DNA of 32,000 nt from an uncultured archaeon (GTDB taxonomy: Archaea > Asgardarchaeota > Thorarchaeia > Thorarchaeales > Thorarchaeaceae), in the NCBI GenBank assembly GCA_964354495.1, contig CAYHAA010000014.1, positions 39,361 through 71,360 of the forward strand, written 5' to 3'. The translations under genes were made by a program, and so were the position numbers. Of the stretch, positions 24,957 to 32,000 are shown piece by piece. The notes under the pieces are model-generated. The model was not told the origin of the DNA. It saw nothing but the letters and a program-made list of their open reading frames with translations, and made no database searches. How positions within the stretch are numbered: position 1 is the first letter of the stretch; every line of letters starts with the position of its first letter.

Positions 24957-27239
24957 CACGATTTCTGGCTTCTTTGTTCTTGGCAGCCATACAGAGAACT
25001 CTGCCCCTTCATAGGGGTGTCCTTGCACTCGGTCTCGAACCTCAATTCGGCCTCCGTACTTGTCACAAATCTGTTTCGATTGCAGGAGACCCACGCCCCC
25101 ATATCGCCTGGATACATCAAAGATAGCGCTCTTCAGTGATTCTGAGATTCCATCGCCATTGTCAGAGATACAGACCTCATAGCCATCCCCATTCCTAAAC
25201 AGCTTGACCCATACCTTTCTCTCTGCTTTTGGATTGTGCTCAATTGCATTCTCGATGAGGTTGGTCAGCAATTGCTCCAGGAATTCGTCTGCGTCGACAA
25301 TGGCATTCTTGTTTCGTATTGAAACCTCGATCTCAGCATCCTTGTTCTGGGTCCGAAGCGATTCGACGATCTCTTCAACTGTGGAATCCAGTCTTCTTGA
25401 ATAGAGCGGCACTGACATGAGAGGTTCAGTTATCTTCACTTTTGATATCATGCTTTGGCAACGCTCCACTGCCGATACTATCTGCCCCAATAGCCTTCGG
25501 TCGTTGGAGTCCTCTAGTCTCGCTTCCATGACCATGGAACTGCCAAGGATTATCTGTAGTTGGTTTCTGAAATCGTGAGACATTAGATCAAGATACATGC
25601 TGGCTCGCTCTTTCTGGCTTTGTATGTGTTTCTCGGCAATGTTGCGCGTAGTAACATTCATCGCAACTAGCTGCAAGGCTGGAGCTCCCTCAAACTCCAC
25701 GCGTCTCCCGAACATCTCAAGGAATTGTGTACTTCCGTCCTTATGGAAGGCCCGCATCACTATCGGGATGCTCGCTGGTGGCTCTCCTGCCATCAGCTTT
25801 TGGAGCCTGTCCATAAGAATGCTCCAGTCCTCAGGATGGATCTTCTTCTGAATCTCTCCTGCTGTCAGAGCAAGTACTTCCTCAACGGTCAAGCCTAGGA
25901 AACCTGCAAAAGCCGGATTGGCAAACTTCACCGCTAGTGGCAATGCTTGAATGATTGCGATTCCCTGAAATGATTGTTCGACCAGTGTTCTGTATTTGAG
26001 CTCTGAGGCAATCAAGGCCTGCTCTGCCCGCTTTCTTTCCTCAATGTTGCGGACCACCCCGAGCACACCTGTCGGTTTGCCGTTTTCATCACGTAAGAAC
26101 GTGCGTGTGGTTTCTACCTGAATCGTTGAGCCATTCATGTGCCTGAGTCTGAGTTCAATAGGCGGTGAGTCACCTCTGGTCAGTGTTTGGTCCGACATCT
26201 TTTCCGCTTCAAGTGCCTCACTCATGGCTTGGATTGCTGTCCATACAGAATCAGGTGTCATAAGTTCAATCATGGATTTGCCAATCAGTTCATCTGCGGT
26301 GTGCCCAGTTAGTAGCTTCACGGATGTGCTAACGTATGTGAGATTCAGTTCCAAGTCTGTAGTGAAAATCACGTCGGTTACATTCTCGGCCAGCAGTTGG
26401 TATCGTTTCTCACTATCCTGAAGAGCTGCTTCTGTGGCTCTGTGCCCTGTCTTCTCTGTGATTTGACTCAAGTATCCCTTGAGTTCGCCATTGTTCTTGG
26501 ATCTTAACGGAATCACCGATGCATCGAGAATCATAGTGCCTGACCGAGAAGTCCTGTAGAGTCCCTTCTCTTTCACCTTGTCAAAATCGAAGACAACTTC
26601 GTACTTCACAGGTTCTCCACGAATCAGTTTTGCCCTGATTTCCGCTGGGATATTCGGGTCGTCAAAAAGACTGAATCCGACAAGCTCCTGTAGGCTTGTT
26701 ATGCCTGCCATTTCTAAAGAGGCGAGGTTAGCTTTGGTAAGTATTCCCTCACTATCGAAGAGCTCAATTGCAACTTGTGACTCTTCGAAGATTCTCCTCA
26801 TTATTTCTGCGTTTTCTTCTAGGGCTTCACGAGATCTCTTTAATTCTGTGATGTCGGTTATGACAGCAAAGGAACCCTTGTGCTGCCCGTTTTCGTCAAC
26901 CAGAGGCGCGCCAGATACGATTGTTGAAATGGTTTCTCCGGAGTTCTTTGTCCAATCGAGTTCATATTGAGTTGCTTTTCCCTTCGCACGTTGACGAATG
27001 ACTTCTCGGAGGATTTTCCTATTTTTCTCATCGAGGAAGTCAGTAATCGCCTTGCCAATCATTTGACTTGCGTTGCATGCAAGCATCTCTGCAAAACGAG
27101 GATTGACATAGGTGAAGATACCCTCATCATTGATGATTCCAAAACCATCATTCATGGACTCGACTAAGACTCTATACTGATAGGCTTCTTCTTGATGTGT
27201 GAGTCCATTTTCGGGACTGCTTCCTGTCTTATCGTCCAT
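24951..27239 (-). CDS. Soluble histidine kinase with four PAS domains
   Basis: Four PAS repeats, H-box YLDLMSHDFRNQLQ, N-box NLIENAIEH, G1 SDNGDGI and G2 GGVGL. Confidence 0.9.
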   Translation of the reverse strand: MDDKTGSSPENGLTHQEEAYQYRVLVESMNDGFGIINDEGIFTYVNPRFAEMLACNASQMIGKAITDFLDEKNRKILREVIRQRAKGKATQYELDWTKNSGETISTIVSGAPLVDENGQHKGSFAVITDITELKRSREALEENAEIMRRIFEESQVAIELFDSEGILTKANLASLEMAGITSLQELVGFSLFDDPNIPAEIRAKLIRGEPVKYEVVFDFDKVKEKGLYRTSRSGTMILDASVIPLRSKNNGELKGYLSQITEKTGHRATEAALQDSEKRYQLLAENVTDVIFTTDLELNLTYVSTSVKLLTGHTADELIGKSMIELMTPDSVWTAIQAMSEALEAEKMSDQTLTRGDSPPIELRLRHMNGSTIQVETTRTFLRDENGKPTGVLGVVRNIEERKRAEQALIASELKYRTLVEQSFQGIAIIQALPLAVKFANPAFAGFLGLTVEEVLALTAGEIQKKIHPEDWSILMDRLQKLMAGEPPASIPIVMRAFHKDGSTQFLEMFGRRVEFEGAPALQLVAMNVTTRNIAEKHIQSQKERASMYLDLMSHDFRNQLQIILGSSMVMEARLEDSNDRRLLGQIVSAVERCQSMISKVKITEPLMSVPLYSRRLDSTVEEIVESLRTQNKDAEIEVSIRNKNAIVDADEFLEQLLTNLIENAIEHNPKAERKVWVKLFRNGDGYEVCISDNGDGISESLKSAIFDVSRRYGGVGLLQSKQICDKYGGRIEVRDRVQGHPYEGAEFSVWLPRTKKPEIVS

Positions 27240-27440
27240 TCTTCTTCGCTCTGAATGCATCGAAAGCCATTCTTTTCTGACGAAAGCAAACCATATAGAA
27301 TTCTCTAGGATGTAGTGGTCTTCCTCAGTAGAACCTGCAATATGTTCGGTTACCTCTCCAAGAGCGAATCATTCAGTTTAGCGAACTGGATGCCTTAGGA
27401 ACTGCTATTGACATGTCTGTCATTGGCGGTGGAGATCCAT

Positions 27441-28541
27441 ATGATTCGCTGGATAATGCACATAGATATGGATGCGTTCTTTGCGAGTGTAGAGCAATAC
27501 AGAAATCATCCAGAGCTCATCGGTCGTCCAGTATGCGTCGGTCACGATCCAAAGGGGGGCTTCGGGCGTGGAGTTGTCCGAACCGCGTCGTACGAAGCCC
27601 GAGCCAAGGGTATCCATGCAGGGATGCCAGTTTCGGAAGCTTATAGGCTATGTCCGGAAGCAGTGTTTGTCGACGGTTCGTTTGAAAGTTATAGCGAAGC
27701 TTCTGATGAGTTCATGGAGATTCTTAGGGAGTTTGCTGACGACGGACGCGTACGAAGAGCGAGTATTGATGAGGCATACATAGAAGTGACTCAAGCATGT
27801 CAGAACTATGGCAGCCCTCGCGAACTAGCTGGAGAAATACAGGATGCAGTTCGAGTGCGTACCTCGCTTCCTTGTTCGATAGGCATTGCACCCAATATGT
27901 CCGTGGCCAAAATAGCTACAGGAATAAACAAACCCCGAGGAATAACCCTCGTCGGCCCTGAGGCAGCTTCTGTCGAGGAGTTCCTGGCGCAGCTTCCAGT
28001 AGAAGCTCTTAATGGAGTTGGCAAGAAGACAGCAGAGTGGTTGCACAAATTCGGAATCGACAACCTCGGTCAAGTCCAGAAGATGACACTTCCCGAACTC
28101 TGGCCCGCTATGGGTCGAGGCTCCATCTGGCTTCATGATAGGGCGATCGGGATTGACGATCTGCCACTAATAGATAATGGCATTCGAATTCGGAAGTCAA
28201 TAAGCAAAGACCACACCTTCATGGAAGATGTCGAACCCGATGCTTCAGAGTATCTGCATGAAGTTCTCAGGAAGATGTGCTTGCGAATAGGGGATAAGAT
28301 AGCAACCAAGAAACTAAGGTTTCGTACTGTCACAGTGAAGATACGTTATGGTGATTATTCGACCATACAAAGAAGTCGAAGTATACCCGTGGAGACTGAT
28401 GATACCAGAATGCTTGAAAGATTGGTCTTGGACATTTTCGACCACAAGAGGAACCCCGTAAGACCAATTAGGCTAGTCGGCGTCAAGGTTTCAGGATTGA
28501 GCGATGTGACCGAGCAGTCCTGCTTGACTGAGTACTTATGA
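27441..28541 (+). CDS. dinB: Y-family DNA polymerase IV (DinB/Dpo4)
   Basis: HIDMDAFFASVEQ, TASYEARAKGI, ASIDEAY, SIGIAPN, KPRG and a little-finger domain ending RLVGVKVS. Confidence 0.95.
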   Translation: MIRWIMHIDMDAFFASVEQYRNHPELIGRPVCVGHDPKGGFGRGVVRTASYEARAKGIHAGMPVSEAYRLCPEAVFVDGSFESYSEASDEFMEILREFADDGRVRRASIDEAYIEVTQACQNYGSPRELAGEIQDAVRVRTSLPCSIGIAPNMSVAKIATGINKPRGITLVGPEAASVEEFLAQLPVEALNGVGKKTAEWLHKFGIDNLGQVQKMTLPELWPAMGRGSIWLHDRAIGIDDLPLIDNGIRIRKSISKDHTFMEDVEPDASEYLHEVLRKMCLRIGDKIATKKLRFRTVTVKIRYGDYSTIQRSRSIPVETDDTRMLERLVLDIFDHKRNPVRPIRLVGVKVSGLSDVTEQSCLTEYL

Positions 28542-28546
28542 TTCTC

Positions 28547-29170
28547 TCATTTCTGAATCAGGATTCCGCTGTCAACATCTGATACTGCTTGCTTCATGCG
28601 TTCGGCAAGCTTTGCTGCGAGTCGCGTAATGCCCTCGATGTAGGCTTTGTCGAATTCGTCCTCTAGAAGTGTGGCATAGCCCATGATGTTATGCAATACT
28701 CCAGTGACATCATGGGACAGTCCATGGATGAACTCGCTGGCGACTTCGACCGGTATCCCTTTTGGAGAGCCTTCGGTTGATACTTGATGTCTGGAGTCAA
28801 TCACCTTTCGTATGATATCGCGAATAGATATCAGCTGTTCTTTGACGTCTGTTCCTTTAAGCACATAGAAGTCAGCGCCTAGATTCAGGGCTCTAATCAC
28901 AACATCCTCTCTAGAATGCGCTGTCCACATAACGAAGCCAATAGTATCGCTGTCACAACGAAGCGCCTCCAAGAGGTCCAAGCCTGTGGCATTTGGCATC
29001 AGATAATCCGCTACTACAACATCGATCTCTTCACTGTCCAAGATCGCAAGGGCCTCTTTCACAGATTTCGCAACCACAAGTTCGATACCCGGATCTGTCT
29101 GTTTGAAGAGTATACTGGCGATGTCAAGCAGTTCCGCATCATCATCGACAAGTAACAATCGAGTATTCAC
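28547..29170 (-). CDS. Response regulator receiver domain with a C-terminal HisKA-like helical pair, no ATPase domain
   Basis: LLLVDDD, VVADYLMP (phospho-Asp), WTAHS and YVLKG, then FIHGLSHDVTGVLHNIMGYATLL. Confidence 0.85.
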   Translation of the reverse strand: MNTRLLLVDDDAELLDIASILFKQTDPGIELVVAKSVKEALAILDSEEIDVVVADYLMPNATGLDLLEALRCDSDTIGFVMWTAHSREDVVIRALNLGADFYVLKGTDVKEQLISIRDIIRKVIDSRHQVSTEGSPKGIPVEVASEFIHGLSHDVTGVLHNIMGYATLLEDEFDKAYIEGITRLAAKLAERMKQAVSDVDSGILIQK

Positions 29171-29437
29171 TTGGCTTTCACTCCATTGGAGTTTGTGTCA
29201 ATTATTCAGCAAGACACATAGGCTTTCGCTTTGCGAGAGTCGCGAGAAAACGGCGGATAATATTTGCCAAGCGAAGGCACACAGTTGAGTGGAAGCAAGA
29301 TTCCCATGTCCTAAGTTCTTGTTCTATTAGAATTCAGCAATGACCAACATATGTGTACGTTAACCACTGACTTATTATTGTTTGAAATACACCTCACAAT
29401 TAGGCTGTTAGATTGAACGGCGGGAGCGGACCACTAC

Positions 29438-30349
29438 TTGATTGAACGTGCAGACGTGGATCGATTGAAGGGTGATGAGCTACTCCGTCTAGCAAGGGCG
29501 CTAGCGATACCCCTTGCCAAGAGAGTCGTCAAGCGAAGTTGGCTCTTGGACGAGATAATGGATGAGTTCGACCGTCGTGAAACAGGAAAGGAACCAGTCG
29601 CGAAGCTTCAATCGCCTGCAATTCAAATCCAAGGACTTGAGAAACGATTTGGCTCAAAAGTCGCAGTGAAGAATCTTGATCTAGACGTTGATCCTGGTGA
29701 AATCGTTGGTCTTGTCGGTCCAAACGGAGCAGGCAAGACTACAACTCTCAGAATTCTCACGGGTATAATCAAGCCCTCAAAGGGCATTGTCAAAGTCAAT
29801 GGTTACGACATGTCCTCAGAGGCCATTAGGGCAAAGAGATGTGTAGGCTATATTCCTGAGAAGCCCACGTGTTATCCGAGTCTTACTGCTCGAGAGTATA
29901 TCATGTTCATGGCACGAATCTACCATGTGCCTGCCGAGATTGCGCTGATTCGAATGCGAGAATTCGTTGATATGTTTCAACTAGATGAGTTACTGGATAC
30001 ATATGTCGGAACGCTTTCTAAGGGGAATCTTCAGCGCGTCTTACTTGTGGGCATCTTTGTGAGACCTCCCCCGTATGTTCTTGCTTTTGATGAACCCATC
30101 TATGGTCTGGATCCTAGAGGCGCATGGAATCTCAAGGCCCTCATGAAGAAGCTACGAAATGAAGGCTCCGCAATACTCATGTCCACACACATCCTGGAAG
30201 TGGCATCGGAACTATGTAGTCGATTTGTCATCATGAACGAGGGTGAAGTCGTCGGACGTGGAACCCTCGAGACTCTATTGGAATACCACAAGGATGCACG
30301 CAACCTTGAGGAAGTGTTTCTTGGTCTGACAGGCGGAATACCCCAGTAG
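29438..30349 (+). CDS. ABC transporter ATP-binding protein with an N-terminal helix-extension-helix-like extension
   Basis: Walker A GPNGAGKTT, Q-region GYIPE, signature LSKGN, Walker B AFDEP and H-loop STH. The extra roughly 60-aa N-terminus includes LKGDELLRLARALAIP...KRSWLLDEI. Confidence 0.92.
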   Translation: MIERADVDRLKGDELLRLARALAIPLAKRVVKRSWLLDEIMDEFDRRETGKEPVAKLQSPAIQIQGLEKRFGSKVAVKNLDLDVDPGEIVGLVGPNGAGKTTTLRILTGIIKPSKGIVKVNGYDMSSEAIRAKRCVGYIPEKPTCYPSLTAREYIMFMARIYHVPAEIALIRMREFVDMFQLDELLDTYVGTLSKGNLQRVLLVGIFVRPPPYVLAFDEPIYGLDPRGAWNLKALMKKLRNEGSAILMSTHILEVASELCSRFVIMNEGEVVGRGTLETLLEYHKDARNLEEVFLGLTGGIPQ

Positions 30350-31942
30350 GTGAATCCCTTGAAGTCAAGCATGTACGTGCTGTCCAAGAATGAAGTTCGA
30401 ATGCTCTACAACCAGTTCAAGCAGACAATCCGAACTCCTTCCATGCTACTCTTCTACTGCATCACATTGTTTGGTGTCTTCTTCGTGAGCTTGGTCGTTT
30501 CATCAATGCTGGCGCTCTCGCCGCTGATTATGGAGATGGGTTCGCTTCTGGAGAGTACTATTGATAGAAACACGCTCTTTGCTGCATTTGCTTTCCTTAG
30601 TGCTACCTCTGTCGTCGGCGGCTACTTTGGTATAGGCATCGCATCCGGCCTCACCGCCGTCCAAGAAGTTGTGTTACTTCCCGCACCGGTATTGCCATAC
30701 AAAGTATTCCTGAGTAACTATCTCCGACGTATCTTCAGGAAGACTGCATTCACGTTGATAGGTCTCATGGCTATCCTTCCCCTGCTCACAAACGCTAGTC
30801 TCCTATTCTACTCAACCTCACTTATGATAGTGTGTCTGATCATTTTTCTGGAAACCAATTACTTCCTCGGAGCCATTAGCTCCTACATTCGGTTTGTAGT
30901 CGAGCAAAAAACTAGGAGTCGGTTTCGCCATCTTGCTGCAGTTCTCCTAGGTATTCTTCTACTTCTTCCAGCACTACCGGAATTCACATCGACTTTCACA
31001 CTTGCCTATCTCGTTCCTTCAAATGCCTTTGTATTTGCATTCACTGAGATGACAGGACTCTTTTCGCTGGACGTCAGTTACTTGATTGGATTTGGACTGC
31101 AAATCATCGTTTTTGCCATAGCTCTCCTGCTCACTGCAAATCTATGCTCCTATGAGTATTACGAGCTCCTCTCAATCGTCAAGGGTCGGGAGACAACAGA
31201 GGGCAATTTCAGTAGATTCATTCGAGGCGAGGTTGACTTCTCGAAAACCAGATTTCAGGATCCAATGGTATGGATGATGCTCAAAGACTTCTATAGCAAG
31301 CTGCGCACGCCGATGCAGATATGGAAGTATGTCTATGCAGTAGTTGGAACAATTACGGTGCTATACCTAAATCTGTTTCACCCGGCATGGTTCAGACCAA
31401 TTCAAGTGCCAGGAGGTCTTGCATTCGCGATTGTTCCTGCATTCCTGCTCATGATGATACTTCTCGTTCAGATATCAAGCGTTACCTCGATGCTGAGCTT
31501 TGTTGACGAGAAAGAGAATGTCTATCTTCTCAAGGCAAGCCCTTTCAGTTCCGGAGATATTGTTCTCGCCAAGTTCTTGCTGAGTCTATTCGAAGTAAGT
31601 ATTGCTGTTATCCCTGCATGTGGATTCTTAATCTATATTCTGAGAATCGAAGGATATCTCGCTCTGGTCGCGTTGGCAGCTCCCATGACTATACTGTTCA
31701 CTGCTGTTGGTGTAGCAATCGGAGCATACGTACCTGTATTGACAAACGACCCTCGAACTCTGCCAGTGCCACTTGCATTTTCATACCCTATCATTGATCT
31801 GTCTCTCGGTGCGCTAATGGTCTTCATTGTGGCAATCCTTGCAGGCAGTCAAGTTGTTCTTTTTGCATTGCCGCTCTACTGCGTTGGATTTACTCTTCTT
31901 TTCCTCTGGATTGGGGCGACGGCACTGAATACATACAGATAG
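30350..31942 (+). CDS. ABC exporter permease subunit (duplicated ABC-2-like membrane domain)
   Basis: GTG starts immediately after the ATPase stop. About 12 TM segments, with ENVYLLKASPFSSGDIVLAKFL resembling the ABC-2 motif. Confidence 0.75.
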   Translation: MNPLKSSMYVLSKNEVRMLYNQFKQTIRTPSMLLFYCITLFGVFFVSLVVSSMLALSPLIMEMGSLLESTIDRNTLFAAFAFLSATSVVGGYFGIGIASGLTAVQEVVLLPAPVLPYKVFLSNYLRRIFRKTAFTLIGLMAILPLLTNASLLFYSTSLMIVCLIIFLETNYFLGAISSYIRFVVEQKTRSRFRHLAAVLLGILLLLPALPEFTSTFTLAYLVPSNAFVFAFTEMTGLFSLDVSYLIGFGLQIIVFAIALLLTANLCSYEYYELLSIVKGRETTEGNFSRFIRGEVDFSKTRFQDPMVWMMLKDFYSKLRTPMQIWKYVYAVVGTITVLYLNLFHPAWFRPIQVPGGLAFAIVPAFLLMMILLVQISSVTSMLSFVDEKENVYLLKASPFSSGDIVLAKFLLSLFEVSIAVIPACGFLIYILRIEGYLALVALAAPMTILFTAVGVAIGAYVPVLTNDPRTLPVPLAFSYPIIDLSLGALMVFIVAILAGSQVVLFALPLYCVGFTLLFLWIGATALNTYR

Positions 31943-31944
31943 GT

Positions 31945-31998
31945 TCAACCTCTTCCTGCCAGTCTGAGTGCGTTTGCGATGACCAAGAAGGTAAGACC
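31945..31998 (-). CDS. 3' end of a gene entering from beyond the window, possibly a P1B-type ATPase
   Basis: The minus strand reads GLTFLVIANALRLAGRG*. NALRL is the usual last-helix motif of heavy-metal P-type ATPases, but only 17 residues are visible. Confidence 0.45.
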   Translation of the reverse strand, partial: GLTFLVIANALRLAGRG

Positions 31999-32000
31999 CA

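Noticed and set aside
1-32000. CRISPR arrays, rRNA, tRNA, transposases, integrases and defence systems
   Set aside because: None were recognised in a read-through of the sequence or the ORF set. Short or divergent RNAs could have been missed without covariance-model searches.

Overview
This is an archaeal chromosomal window of roughly 50% GC, with GGTGA/GGAGTGA-type ribosome-binding sites. The gene mix points to an Asgard archaeon, probably Thorarchaeota; this is inference from a Sec-containing VhuU, Sulfolobus-type SSBs, tandem Lrp regulators and multi-PAS kinases. It opens with the 3' part of a group 3c [NiFe] hydrogenase large subunit that lacks its C-terminal metal-binding motif. That motif is encoded by a 50-codon ORF (1053-1205) absent from the ORF track, with an in-frame UGA: a VhuU-type selenopeptide with an atypical C-Y-D-C-U-L-S-C motif, followed by a SECIS-like hairpin. 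A degenerate second copy of its 3' end and UTR lies 1168 nt downstream, bracketing an Lrp regulator. The rest holds two SSB paralogues (one with a long GGYGGDRRGG tail), TetR plus methyltransferase, 4-hydroxybutyryl-CoA dehydratase followed by a 146-nt four-hairpin ncRNA candidate, and a wHTH-TRASH regulator. It also holds an accessory block (serine hydrolase, two DUF998-like proteins, an E2-like protein lacking its catalytic His, a flavodoxin-like protein, a nonsense-broken SRPBCC gene), a QueG-like Fe-S protein and an MFS transporter. Further on are a PAS pseudokinase fused to a thioredoxin domain, an M14 deacylase, EutA with a broken start, a nitroreductase, ACT, PNPOx-like, YhhN and Ser/Thr dehydratase genes, a 4-PAS histidine kinase, DinB, a REC-HisKA protein and an ABC pair. 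No CRISPR array, tRNA, rRNA or transposase was seen. All family assignments come from motif recognition by eye; no database searches were run.
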